Below are positions 51,054-64,000 of a stretch of 64,000 nucleotides of DNA, piece after piece. Both the position numbers and the translations under genes were made by a program. A model generated the notes under the pieces. It had not been told where the DNA came from and made no database searches. It saw only the letters and a list, made by a program, of their open reading frames with translations. Every line of letters starts with the position of its first letter. The stretch's first letter is position 1. Source of the DNA: Octopus bimaculoides (lineage: Eukaryota); assembly GCF_001194135.2 (NCBI RefSeq), contig NC_068991.1, positions 72,534,021 through 72,598,020 on the forward strand, read 5' to 3'.

Positions 51054-52795
51054 GTAAGACAACCATGCATCGACTGCAGTGCACTGAGCTAATTTAAATC
51101 AGTGTATTGCTGCCTTTGCTGTAGTCACCTCAGATGTTGTCTTGGAGGCTATTTTTGTTTATAATTGACTTTATCTTTCACTTTACTCCCAAATTTTTTT
51201 AATTCCACGCATGAATTTTGGACATAGAGTGGAAGTTCAATTATAAACAACTGTTTTTCTCCCAAGACCCCTAATAGAATGTAGAATTTATTAGAACCAC
51301 TTTCCCTTGAAACAGGTACTTCTGTTATTCCTTGAATGATGATGAAAAAAAAAAAAAGAAATCAATAAGATGGTGGTATAAAGGCGTGTGTAGTTGGTAC
51401 AAAATATCTTTGCCTTTATTTGGAAGCTGCTGAGTAAAACCAATTGAAAATATTTAGTGATGTTTAATTGATATTTATTAACATCACTTGAATAATGTTT
51501 GGAAGAGTACTACACATATCGTTGTTTGGAATGGGAAATGAAACAATATACAGATTTAAAATACATAAACCATTTTTTTTTCATTAGAAAATGAATAACT
51601 AAATATATTAATAAATAAACCAAATTTTAAAAGCACTCAAAAACAGAAAATTATCCTCATCTTAATGATGTGTTTTGATTTCGTATAATGTTGAGATTTT
51701 TAAAGATTATCTTCAAAATGGTTTTGAGATGAAAATGTCCTATATTTTTAAAAAATTAAAGATTTTTAGTGTTTCCATGACTATTTCTTATTTTAAATTT
51801 CATTCTATCTACACAAAAATATAAGTGTAATTCAAAACACCCATCAGTAAAATATTCTAAGTATATACTCTCGTCTTTTCCTCACACATGAACCCTATTA
51901 AGGTGTTAAAATATATTTTTGGCTGAAATATACCTTTATGTATTTTTAAAGGGCTCTAAAATTTTTATAATTTCTTTAAACTTTTGAACTGTTCATTTCA
52001 GTGGACTTTCAGACGTTTCTTCCAGGTTCAATCAAACCTGGGTTGTGTACCCAATTCAAAAATGTCCTTTTTATTTTAATGCTAACTTTTTTAGATCCAA
52101 TTTATAATTATTCATCTGCTATGCCCCTTTCTTCGTATGCTGTGGCATTAGCATCTACAAAGAAACTGAAGCATGCAGGCAACAATTTCAGAATCCCTTT
52201 GTTGCACAGCTGCCCACAGAATCTTATAGTCCAACGATCAAATTGGTTGTAGAATTACTTCTGGTAATCCCATCCTAATCTTTTAAAACATGCCAGAAAT
52301 AAATATAGATAGATAGGTGCAGGCATGACTATGTGGTTAGAAGTTTTCTTCCCAACCACATGGGTTCAGTCCTGCTATGTGGCATCTTGGGCAAGTATCT
52401 TCTACTAAAGCATCAGACTGACCAATGCCTTCTAAATGGGTTTGGTAAATGGAAACTGAAAGAAACATGTCGTATATGTGTGTGTGTGTGTATGTCTTTG
52501 TGTCCGTGTTTATACCCCACCACTGCTTGGCAACCAGTGTTGGTGTGTTTACATCCCTGTAACTTAGCAGTTTTCCAAAAGAGACCAATAGACTAAATGC
52601 CAGGCTTAAAATAACCAATACTGGAGTTGATTAGTTCAACCAAAATTCCTCAAGGTGGTGCCCCAGCATGGCCGCAGTCTAATGACTGAAACAAGTTAAA
52701 GATAGAGTAAAAGATGCTGAACTGTTGGATACAAATATGTCCATCAATGTAAGCCCTCTTTTTTAGTTTCCATATTTATATTGTTATTAGTTGTA

Positions 52796-53198
52796 GGCGT
52801 AGGAGTGGCTGTGTGGTAAGTAGCTTGCTTACCAACCACATAGTTCCGGGTTCAGTCCCACTGCGTGGCACCTTGGGCAAGTGTCTTCTACTATAGCCTC
52901 GGGCCGACCAAAGCCTTGTGAATGGATTTGGTAGACGGAAACTGAAAGAAGCCCGTCACATATATATATATGTGCGTGTGTGTGTGTCTGTGTTTGTCCC
53001 CCCCCCACACACACACACACTTGACAACCGATGCTGGTGTGTTTACGTCCCCGTAACTTAGCGGTTTGGCAAAAGAGACCGATAGAATAAGTACTAGGCT
53101 TACAAAGAATAAACCCTGGGGGTCGATTTGCTCGACTAAACGCGGTGCTCCAGCATGGCCACAGTCAAATGACTGAAACAAGTAAAAGAGCAAAAGAG
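52796..53198 (+). mobile_element. tRNA-derived SINE, family A (full length)
   Basis: High similarity to 15183-15580; an older copy lies at ~52318-52712. Confidence 0.85.
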
Positions 53199-53933
53199 AA
53201 AGAGAGAGTCTCCATACCATCAACTTTGTCAGTCCACCTTACTGAACAGATGCAGCTTCAACATGTCTTTAACAGGCATTTCAAAGAACGGTCATTACCA
53301 TCATTGGTGTTGGCAGCAACACAATGTTGACTTGCAAAGACTTGCAAAGATAAATTTTAATGGGAATTTTAATGGGAATTTTAATGCGCTATAAACTATT
53401 TCTGTTTCACAGTCTCTATATATACTCATATGACATTTTATAAAAAACATATTAAATTTTTTCTTTATATGTTAATCAACATACCATGTTAATTAAGTTT
53501 TCATGCATTTAGTTAACTAACTTTTAGTAATATGTTTAACATAACTAACTTTTAGTAATGTATTTAACGTAAATTTTACTAACATAATTCTTAACTTACA
53601 ATCTCCATTATTTCAGTTCAAATACTTACATTAAAAATTTTTAATTTTTTAAAAACATTTCTAAATTCTAATATAATTTTTCAACCTAATAAAAGGGTTA
53701 AAATTTAGATATCTAACTTCATTTCTTTAACAAATTCAATTAGCATCATATTAAATACAGAAAAATAATAATAAAAAAAAAAACAGGCTTCTCATAGAAC
53801 TAACAACGGTTGGTAAAAATTGTCTAAGAATTCCTAGATTTCAACAAAGTATGGTTGAATCTGTACTTGTTTCTTTTCTCTTGGCATGAGCATGCACTGT
53901 TTAAGCCTCACCTCATGTAGAAATCTTCTCATT

Positions 53934-53995
<62 letters not shown>

Positions 53996-54591
53996 NNNNN
54001 NNNNNNNNNNNNNNNNNNNNNNNNNNNNNNNNNNNNNNNNNNNNNNNNNNNNNNNNNNNNNNNNNNNNNNNNNNNNNNNNNNNNNNNNNNNNNNNNNNNN
54101 NNNNNNNNNNNNNNNNNNNNNNNNNNNNNNNNNNNNNNNNNNNNNNNNNNNNNNNNNNNNNNNNNNNNNNNNNNNNNNNNNNNNNNNNNNNNNNNNNNNN
54201 NNNNNNNNNNNNNNNNNNNNNNNNNNNNNNNNNNNNNNNNNNNNNNNNNNNNNNNNNNNNNNNNNNNNNNNNNNNNNNNNNNNNNNNNNNNNNNNNNNNN
54301 NNNNNNNNNNNNNNNNNNNNNNNNNNNNNNNNNNNNNNNNNNNNNTTTTTTTTTTTTTTTTTTACAAATTTATTTAAAGATTTTTCAAGCAAATATTTTT
54401 TTAATTTTTTTTCAACAAAATATTATTTTTTTGATCATGAACTTTCTTCTTTCAATATTTTTTTGAATGATTTTCTAAAAAATATTTATTGAAAATTTTT
54501 AGATAATAATAATGATGATGATGATGTTGATGATTTCAGTGATTTTTCTGATAATATTTGCGATGATACTGATAACTATTTTTACATTCAG

Positions 54592-54618
54592 ATGAAACGA
54601 GAAAATGTTGAGCTGTGA
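54592..54618 (+). CDS. BRSK2: Probable BRSK terminal coding exon: MKRENVEL*
   Basis: tttttacattcag acceptor; phase 0 matches the 60-bp exons; TGA at 54616-54618; no homology check possible. Confidence 0.6.
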   Translation: MKRENVEL

Positions 54619-55820
54619 TGTTCATGCCTTTCCTATTGGTATGAGCAATGAAAATTAGATAGTTCCACTTGAAGTAAAGAAGGGACACAACTGCTTAATA
54701 GCTTGTCAACATCCGTTGGTTTCTTACATTACCAAAAGATTAAAGAAATTAAGTCAAAACTAACACCAAAACGATATCTCACCGTATTTAATTGTATCTT
54801 ACCATGTTTTGGGTTTGATTTTGTTTTAATGTTGATTTTGACTTTGGTCAAAATTTGGTCACCTGCCATAAAAATAATTCCTAGAAACACAGGCGCAAGC
54901 ATGGCTGTGTGGTAAGAAGTTTGCTTGCCGACCACATGGTTTTGGGTTCAATCCCACTGCGTAGCAAATTGGACAAGTGTCTTCTACTATAGCCTCAGGC
55001 TGAAAGGATGACAGACAACGTTGACCATGACAGTATTTAGAAACAGAATGTAAAGAGATGGAAGAAATACCACACAGCATTTTTTTTCTCAATGCTCTAA
55101 CAATCTTGCATGCTAACTGCCTTAACATCAACAACAACAGCAACAACAATAATAACAACCATAATAATTAACAACAACAATAATTTCTTTATTGGCCACA
55201 AGGGCCTTAACATGCAATACAAACATCATACAAAAGGAGTTACGAAACTTGCATAGAATGTACAGCATCATCATCTTCATCATCCTCATCATTGTCATCG
55301 TCATCATTATCATCATCATCATTTTCATTTTCATTTTCACATATATGATAAGCAGTGGCAGATTGCAAGAACTGAGTATAGTAAAAGAGATGTTAGAATC
55401 TGTCATCTTGACAGGGTTAGAACACCTTACAGCTTGATCCCCTTCAGATTCAGACATGTGTATCTCTAGCTTTAGGAATGCCGAGGGAAGTGTTCCTTCA
55501 GCTCTACATAGACTGTTGGTGTAGTTTTCCCCAGTAACCTGTCACTTTGGGTACTTGGTATTTGTCCAAGAACTGTGAGTTTCATGAACTGCAAGGGAAA
55601 TGGGCTCTTTTGTCATGAGGGACTTTCAGCGTCATCTTGCCTTCTGTCTCAGCTCATTCTGCCACTTCTCTCTCTTTTTATTCTTTCCAATGTCTTCTCA
55701 TTTTTCTCTGGAAATCATCTCGTCAGCTTCCGTTTGAGACAGTGATGACGGAGATTATAACATATGTGGGAATGTACACACATAGTTATATAAAAAAAAG
55801 TTATATTAAGTATATAAGTC

Positions 55821-56202
55821 GTGGCACTCCGTCGGTTACAACGACGAAGGTTCCAGTGGATCCGATCAACAGAACAGCCTGCTCATGAAGTTAACGTGTA
55901 AGTGGCTGAGCACTCCACAGACACATGTACCCTTAACGTAGTTCTCGGGGAAACTCAGCATGACCCAGTGTGTGTCAAGGTTGGCCCTTTGAAATACAGG
56001 TACAACAGAAACAGGAAGAAAGAATGAGAGAAAGTTGTGGTGAAAGAGTACAGCAGGGTTCGCCACCATCCCCTGCCAGAGCCTCGTGGAACTTTAGGTG
56101 TTGTCGCTCGATAAATACTCACAACACCTGGTCTGGGAATTGAAACCATGATCCCACGACCGCGAGTCCACTGCCCTAACCACTGGGCCATTGTGCCTCC
56201 AC
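55821..56202 (-). mobile_element. tRNA-derived SINE, family D (full length)
   Basis: Minus strand starts GTGGAGGCACAATGGCCCAGTGGTTAGGGCAG (A box) followed by a B-box-like GGTTTCAATTCC; partial copy at 23645. Confidence 0.75.
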
Positions 56203-58552
56203 AGTATATAAAAGTATATGGAGTATATTAAGATGCTTAGAACTGACAGTCAAATATTTTAAAGTCAACATGGCTAACTTCTTCAGGACATCTGTAGAGA
56301 GCATTCTTCTCTATAAGTGATGAATCCTGGACTATGAAGAAAGTGCTTTAGGATTGCCTTGATGGCACCAAAGAGGAAATTTATGGACACATTCTATCCT
56401 ATCTTTACTATTGTTGTACAATGCAAAGTAAGCTTTGCTGACCTCGTACTGAACACCTGGCCATTTCAAATGTTATATTTTGGAAGCTTCTGCATTGTAA
56501 CAGAAGATGAAGACTACACAATGTCATTGGTCTTATTAGGAGAAACATGCAACATGAAATTGAGAATTTACAAATGTTAATGGAGGCAGAGGTTCCCAAT
56601 GTAGTTTGAAATGCATTCCAGTTGTGGCTGCTCTTGAAGAAGAAACAGTGGTAAATAAACACAAATAAATACATTATATGAATATAAACAAAAAGGAATA
56701 AGGACAACTCACTCTTGCATGGGTGAGAAGCCACAACTTTAGGTGCTTCAAAGCACTCTGTAACCTAGGTTACTTCTTGCTCCTGGTATTGGAACTTAGG
56801 ACTCTTGAAAGTGACTGTTAATATTACATTGTCCATACTAGGCTAGCTTTGAGTCCTAATGAAGACTCTGGGAAGCTTTCATTTGGTTCTTCTTCCACCA
56901 GCTATTTGCTATCAACTCTAAGGTCTGTGAATTACATGCCAGAACAAGATAGACTTTTCTGATGCTTGTCTTTGATCTGGACTCGCTCTTCTGCTTCTGG
57001 ATGTCTTGTTTTTGGTTTTTGGCTGTCTCTGGTGGCTTTTTCATCCCTTTCCCGCCTCCATATCCTCTTCATCTTTGCAAAGTGACAGCTGAAGTGCACC
57101 CTGCAAACAATAATTTCTAGGGCCTACAGCTTTTGATGCTGCTTTTCCTTTTGTCTACTACTTTCTTCCTCTGCTTTTCCAGCCCCTTTTTTGTTGAAAG
57201 CCTTCATGTGGCTTTTACTGCCACTTATATGGCAACTAGGATTTTGCTCTTCATTGCTCTACTTTTTACCTCCACAATGGACAGCTCCAGAATAGCTTTG
57301 TAGTCTTCAAGGGTCATGCAAGTCACTATAGCTCCCTCATGATGCCATGTTATTTTGCATCATCTCTGCACTTGCTACTTACACAAAAGATATCAATAAT
57401 CTTTGTAGCTCATTGCTTCATATATTCTGACACCAGCCTGTAGGCAGGTGGGTGGTGCACCACTTTACCTGTCACTTCATCTCATCTCCCCTTTGGCACA
57501 ACACTCTTGTGTGTCCTGCATCTGGTCACTGGAGCACATATCATGCTATCCTTTGGTAAGGGCTTTCTGCAACTATTCCTTTGAGAGTGTATGAAAGCCT
57601 GCTCCATGTTTGATTAAACAGAGGTATATTACTCTTCACTTGCTAGTTATCATATTTGATGTCATATAAGATGCACCTTTACCCCCCCCCNNNNNNNNNN
57701 NNNNNNNNNNNNNNNNNNNNNNNNNNNNNNNNNNNNNNNNCCCCCCCCCCCCAATGTCTCAAAAAGTCACTGCTGCTAAAATTGGGGTGCATCTAATGTC
57801 TTGGCATCTTTTATAGCAATAAGACATATTACAGGGTGACCCCCCCCCCCCAAAAAAAAACAACCCACAAGTCTTTGAATAAAACTGTTTGGATAAAAGG
57901 ATGCAGAGGGATAGATCGAAATGAACAGTGGTTCCTGCAATCTGGGGTCACCCTCCCACGCATCAGGTGACTCCCTAGCCTGGCTGAGAGAGCGATTTCA
58001 GGAGAGACTGATCAGCAGGAAGTGTAACATTGAATGGGCACGCATTCACAATGCATGAAATTAGAAATATAAAATGACAATTTACCCATCGCNNNNNNNN
58101 NNNNNNNNNNNNNNNNNNNNNNNNNNNNNNNNNNNNNNNNNNNNNNNNNNNNNNNNNNNNNNNNNNNNNNNNNNNNNNNNNNNNNNNNNNNNNNNNNNNN
58201 NNNNNNNNNNNNNNNNNNNNNNNNNNNNNNNNNNNNNNNNNNNNNNNNNNNNNNNNNNNNNNNNNNNNNNNNNNNNNNNNNNNNNNNNNNNNNNNNNNNN
58301 NNNNNNNNNNNNNNNNNNNNNNNNNNNNNNNNNNNNNNNNNNNNNNNNNNNNNNNNNNNNNNNNNNNNNNNNNNNNNNNNNNNNNNNNNNNNNNNNNNNN
58401 NNNNNNNNNNNNNNNNNNNNNNNNNNNNNNNNNNNNNNNNNNNNNNNNNNNNNNNNNNNNNNNNNNNNNNNNNNNNNNNNNNNNNNNNNNNNNNNNNNNN
58501 NNNNNNNNNNNNNNNNNNNNNNNNNNNNNNNNNNNNNNNNNATATATATATA

Positions 58553-58915
58553 TCATCGTCATCATCATCATCATCGTTTAAAGTCCGCTTTCCATGCTAG
58601 CATGGGTTGGACGATTTGACTGAGGACTGGCGAACCAGATGGCTACACCAGGCTCCAATCTGATTTGGCAGAGTTTCTACAGCTGGATGCCCTTCCTAAT
58701 GCCAACCACTCCGAGAGTGTAGTGGGTGCTTTTACATGCCACTGGCACGAAGGCCAGTCAGGCGGTACTGGCAGTGGCCATGCTCAAAATGGTATATTTT
58801 ACATGCCACCTGCACAGTCCAGCGGCACTGGCAACGATCTCGCTCGAACAACTTTTCACGTGCCACTGGCATAAGTGCCAGGAAGGCGACACTGGTAACG
58901 ATCATGCTCGAACGG
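58553..58915 (-). mobile_element. RTE-tailed SINE-like repeat, family C
   Basis: Matches other family C copies. Confidence 0.8.
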
Positions 58916-58978
58916 TGCTCTTTGCGCTCCACTGGTACAGGTACCATTACTGGTACAGGTGCTGAGTTTAGTGTCCAA

Positions 58979-59019
<41 letters not shown>

Positions 59020-59666
59020 CGGAGTAAGCACATGAAATGTGCAACAAGGTGGAAAAAAGAGTACTCAAATACCAGAGGTAGAGTAATATGCTTTATTTAA
59101 AAGCAGCAGAAATATAACAAAAAGACCGTTACTCTGAGNNNNNNNNNNAACGGTGCTCTTTGCGCTCCACTGGTACAGGTACCATTACTGGTACAGGTGC
59201 TGAGTTTAGTGTCCAATGAATATATATATATATGTGTGTGTGTAAAGTAGTAGATGCAACCATGATATAACTGTAAGTGTAACTGATATTCTGGTGATTT
59301 AATGAGATAGCTTTCTCTATTTGCATTAATTTGTGAATATATAACTGTAAAATACTAATTTTTGCATACTGAAATTAATACGACATGAAGAAGTTTACAA
59401 ATCAATTGTAATCATATCAAAGCCATTTGTAAAAAATAAATTATCATCTCTCTCACTTCCTGTCATTAAAAACATGCCAGAAAAACATACAGATATAGAA
59501 AATGTGCACCTCCAGGGTCTTTTTGCTTCATCTAGCACTGAAGTACATTGTGTTTTTAACATAACATGTCTATAAAGGAGTCTTTTCCTGGATAAACACT
59601 GTAGGTAGTGGACTTTCTATGATATATATATGTTTAGCATGTCATATAATATATATATATATATAT

Positions 59667-59846
59667 ATAATATGAGTAGCTAATTCACAATTTTACAACC
59701 TAAAGGCAGAAATATACACGTCATTAAAGTAAACAAGGGCATTAATCAGCACTATGGCTATTATTTCTAGCAATTCTGGTGATGATTAGTGACATATATA
59801 TTTCTGCCTTTAGTTTGTAAAATTGTGAATTAGCCATCCATATTAT
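59667..59846. repeat. Foldback inverted repeat, ~60-bp arms
   Basis: 59667-59727 is an imperfect reverse complement of 59786-59846. Confidence 0.8.
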
Positions 59847-60610
59847 TTATAATTCTCACACTACCATTTATGAAATCAATATATGATTTCAACGGAGATC
59901 TTATAAGCTGACATGGTGAGATGCGTTTAACCCCAGGCCAGCTAAGCCATTGTCAGACTTGTTTAAGAATAATAAATTTGTACTCTACAAAAGTATAGAG
60001 TAACCCATCAGATTAAAGTAAAATTGATTTTATTATAACAACATAAGAACAGACATTAATATAAACATTTTTATATATGTGTGTATGTGCCTGCCTGTGC
60101 AAATGTGTACACCCTTACAACATACATACATATACATGTGCACCTATATAAGCATACATGCCAGAGAACAACTCATATATATACACAGTCAAAATGTTTT
60201 ATATCAGTACTAATAGTATTCTAGTATTTGCTTCCAAATATGAATGAAACGAAAGCACCTTCAAGCTGCAAGGTAACGTTACAAGCTTCAAACATAATCA
60301 CCAACGTATAGGAATGTTTTAATAATTTCGTTTGATTCGTATTTCTTTTCAAATATTTGTTACAATATTATGCATGAAGATAATATGTCTGTTTACCTTT
60401 CAGCTTTGAAATACAATCTTTTATGTCTAATCTGTACATTTTCTTTTCTTATTTTTTATACCTTTTATATTACAGCTTACATGTGAGTGATCCAAATTAA
60501 TGTTTGGTTTCTTTGTGTTGTGGCTTCTATTGCGTATTAGAATCATCCATGCCTTTTATACTGTAGAATAATTGAATATCATAATATTATATTGTTTAAA
60601 AATAAACTAT

Positions 60611-60779
60611 AGGCAGGAGTGGCTGTGTGGTAAGTAGCTTGCTTACCAACCACATGGTTCCGGGTTCAGTCCCACTGCATGGCATTTGGGCAGGTGTCTT
60701 CTACTATAGCCTTGGGCCGACCAAAGCCTTGTAAGTGGATTTGGTAGACGGAAACTGAAAGAAGTCCATCGTATATATG

Positions 60780-60816
<37 letters not shown>

Positions 60817-60988
60817 ATGTTTGTTTGTCTGTGTTTGTCCCCCCAACATCACTTGACAAACTTGATGCTGGTGTGTTTACGTCCCCGTAACTTAGTGGTT
60901 TGGCAAAAGAGAACAGTAGAATAAGTACTAGGCTTACAAAGAATAAGTCCTGGGGTCAATTTGCTCAACAAGTAAATGAGTAAAAGAG
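60611..60988 (+). mobile_element. tRNA-derived SINE, family A
   Basis: Matches other family A copies, with a short deletion near the tail. Confidence 0.85.
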
Positions 60989-62429
60989 TATAGAACAAGA
61001 TAATCTTTGGTTGTGTGGTTAAGAAGTTGGTTTCAGGATCTCATAGTTTGGACTTCGGTCCAGCTTCATAGATGCTGTCAGTCAGATGATGTCCTCTGCT
61101 GTAGCTACAGGTTGACCAGTGCCATATCAGTGGAATATGGTTGATGGAAACTAAAAGAAGCTTGTTGTACACACACACAGATGAGCATAGCTGCTTTTGG
61201 ACTTGTCACTCCCTGGTGGCATGCACGAGTGTGTGTATTTGTAGTTATATAAATATATATATGTGTGTGTACTTAAGTGTGTATGTAGTCACAATGGGGA
61301 CATTTAAGCCTCTTATAGGGATACTTTATCCAAGATACACGTATACTATTATATATATATATTTATTTATGTGTTTCAGCCAAGTGGCTGCGGTCATGCT
61401 GGTGCACCACATATATATATACATACATACATACATACATATATATGTATATATATATATATATANNNNNNNNNNNNNNNNNNNNNNNNNNNNNNNNNNN
61501 NNNNNNNNNNNNNNNNNNNNNNNNNNNNNNNNNNNNNNNNNNNNNNNNNNNNNNNNNNNNNNNNNNNNNNNNNNNNNNNNNNNNNNNNNNNNNNNNNNNN
61601 NNNNNNNNNNNNNNNNNNNNNNNNNNNNNNNNNNNNNNNNNNNNNNNNNNNNNNNNNNNNNNNNNNNNNNNNNNNNNNNNNNNNNNNNNNNNNNNNNNNN
61701 NNNNNNNNNNNNNNNNNNNNNNNNNNNNNNNNNNNNNNNNNNNNNNNNNNNNNNNNNNNNNNNNNNNNNNNNNNNNNNNNNNNNNNNNNNNNNNNNNNNN
61801 NNNNNNNNNNNNNNNNNNNNNNNNNNNNNNNNNNNNNNNNNNNNNNNNNNNNNNNNNNNNNNNNNNNNNNNNNNNNNNNNNNNNNNNNNNNNNNNNNNNN
61901 NNNNNNNNNNNNNNNNNNNNNNNNNNNNNNNNNNNNNNNNNNNNNNNNNNNNNNNNNNNNNNNNNNNNNNNNNNNNNNNNNNNNNNNNNNNNNNNNNNNN
62001 NNNNNNNNNNNNNNNNNNNNNNNNNNNNNNNNNNNNNNNNNNNNNNNNNNNNNNNNNNNNNNNNNNNNNNNNNNNNNNNNNNNNNNNNNNNNNNNNNNNN
62101 NNNNNNNNNNNNNNNNNNNNNNNNNNNNNNNNNNNNNNNNNNNNNNNNNNNNNNNNNNNNNNNNNNNNNNNNNNNNNNNNNNNNNNNNNNNNNNNNNNNN
62201 NNNNNNNNNNNNNNNNNNNNNNNNNNNNNNNNNNNNNNNNNNNNNNNNNNNNNNNNNNNNNNNNNNNNNNNNNNNNNNNNNNNNNNNNNNNNNNNNNNNN
62301 NNNNNNNNNNNNNNNNNNNNNNNNNNNNNNNNNNNNNNNNNNNNNNNNNNNNNNNNNNNNNNNNNNNNNNNNNNNNNNNNNNNNNNNNNNNNNNNNNNNN
62401 NNNNNNNNNNNNNNNNNNNNNNNNNNNNN

Positions 62430-62461
<32 letters not shown>

Positions 62462-62957
62462 AGAGAGAGATATATATAAATAGATACGTGTGTGTATGTT
62501 TATCCGTATGTATGTGTGAATGTGTATATGTTTGTATCTCCTTGTCTTGATATAGTGCGATTGTTGTAAATGAGTGTCGTTTGTTTCCAATATTCTGTAG
62601 AAACATGTCTGGAAACAGATGAGGGTTAGTGACAAGAAGAGTATCCAGGAGTGGAACATCTGCCTCAATAAACCTTGTCCACCCCATGTGAACATAGAAA
62701 AGTGGATGTTAAAATGAGGACAATAATGATGTTACATCTAAACCTGTCTTGAATTGTTTACAAAATATTAAAACTAACCAAAACTCAAAATTAAAATTGT
62801 AATTCATTTGTTTCTTCTTCAGTTTTCAGCCTCTGTCTTTATGATGTGTTCATGTATTTCTGTATATATTTGCATGTGCTGATGTCTGGCATGTATGCAA
62901 ATATGTGTATTTGTATGAATTTCATATATATATATATATATATATCTGTATATATAT

Positions 62958-63322
62958 CATCATCATCATCGTTTAACGTCCGCCTTCCATGCTAGCATGG
63001 GTTGGACGATTTGACTGAGGACTGGCGAACCAGGTGGCTACACCAGGCTCCAATTTGATTTGGCAGAGTTTCTACAGCTGGATGCCCTTCTTAATGCCAA
63101 CCACTCTGAGAGTGTAGTGGGTGCTTTTACGTGACTCTGGCACGAGGGCTAGTCAGGCAGTACTGGCAACGGCCATGCTCAAATGGTGTATTTTACGTGC
63201 CACCTGCACAGGAGCCAGTTCAGCGGTACTGGCAACAACCTCGCTCAAATGTTTTTTCATGTGCCAGTGGCACAAGTACCAGTAAGGCGACGCTGGTAAT
63301 GATCATGCTCAAATGGTGCTAT
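62958..63322 (-). mobile_element. RTE-tailed SINE-like repeat, family C
   Basis: Matches other family C copies. Confidence 0.8.
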
Positions 63323-63689
63323 TNNNNNNNNNNGGGGGGGGGGAAGAAAGAGAGGGTGATTGAAAGAGAGATAAATGTGTGTGTGTGTGTGTGTGAGTAT
63401 ATTACTAAGGAGCTGAACTCAGAATGTAGAGAGCCAGAACAGATATCCCAAAGACAGTTTTTTCTTGTTTCTCCAACAGTTCTTCCAGCTTAAACAGCCC
63501 TGGGCAAACTGTGGCCCACAAGAATTTCTGAATGGCCAACCAATGAAAAATTATCTTGAGTTTTTGTAGTAGTGTGGCCTACCTGATGATGAGCCATGTC
63601 TTGTGGCCAGCTTTTTGAGAAATGTTACCCAAACTTGGCTTTAAAGAACATCATGGTCAATAATGGAAGTATTTAAAAAGAATAAGAAC

Positions 63690-63711
63690 TCTTCTTCTTC
63701 TTCTTCTTCTT

Positions 63712-63751
<40 letters not shown>

Positions 63752-63790
63752 GACTACGACTACTACTACTACTACTGTTGCTGCTGCTGC
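63690..63790. repeat. (CTT)n/(TAC)n/(GCT)n compound trinucleotide tract
   Basis: Direct reading. Confidence 0.9.
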
Positions 63791-64000
63791 TATTACTACC
63801 ACAAAACAAAATTACAGCAGCAAGTGCAGGATTGACACTTCAAGCTACAATAGCACTAACTTTGGAAAGTTTCCCTTTCCCCCTCAGTGTGGCACCTTGG
63901 GCGAGTGTCTTGAACTGTAATTGCAAGTGGACCAAAGCCTTGTGAGTTGCATTTGGTGGACAGAAACCGAAAGAAGACTGTTAATATATATATATATATA

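Noticed and set aside
36960-51130. Possible pairing between GTGACT..TAGCAA after exon A and TTGCTG.AGTCAC after exon B (docking/selector idea)
   Set aside because: Only two 6-bp helices with an asymmetric loop; expected by chance over these distances.
56280-57560. Region with LINE-like composition and short minus-strand ORFs
   Set aside because: No motif could be read clearly enough to assign a family.
59010-59138. Possible Penelope-like 3' tail on the minus strand with AATAAA
   Set aside because: Truncated by an N gap exactly where a ribozyme core would lie; cannot be supported.
58910-59230. Exact ~80-bp duplication at 58910-58990 and 59149-59230
   Set aside because: The copies flank a short N gap; most likely redundant contig ends or haplotypes.
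12984-63600. Other CTGATGA occurrences (near 12984, 26245, 27626, 30370, 43062, 44744, 63583; minus strand near 43680)
   Set aside because: None has a pairable stem II followed by GAAA and a stem I partner.
394-63920. Most ORFs in the supplied track ([12 protein letters not shown], poly-X, poly-H/D/M/T)
   Set aside because: They are translations of microsatellites or N gaps, with no coding signal.

Overview
Eukaryotic, AT-rich, microsatellite- and gap-rich DNA. The repeat landscape looks like an octopus (coleoid cephalopod) draft assembly; this is an inference, not shown by the sequence. The window holds the 3' half of a + strand BRSK1/2 (SAD-1 family) kinase gene. Ten GT-AG exons from 3108 to 54618 chain in frame, running from the DPPRKRVD linker through the KA1 domain to a terminal ...MKRENVEL*. 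Two of these exons are paralogous 60-bp copies (36830-36889 and 50994-51053) with a conserved upstream intronic element. Introns carry several tRNA-derived SINE families, RTE and CR1/L2-like LINE fragments, a Gypsy pol relic, DD37D and DD41D Tc1/mariner relics, piggyBac- and hAT-type MITEs, and many long foldback hairpins. The most unusual item is a tRNA-headed element whose tail folds into a minimal type I hammerhead ribozyme of the Penelope type. It occurs three times, twice as head-to-head inverted dimers.
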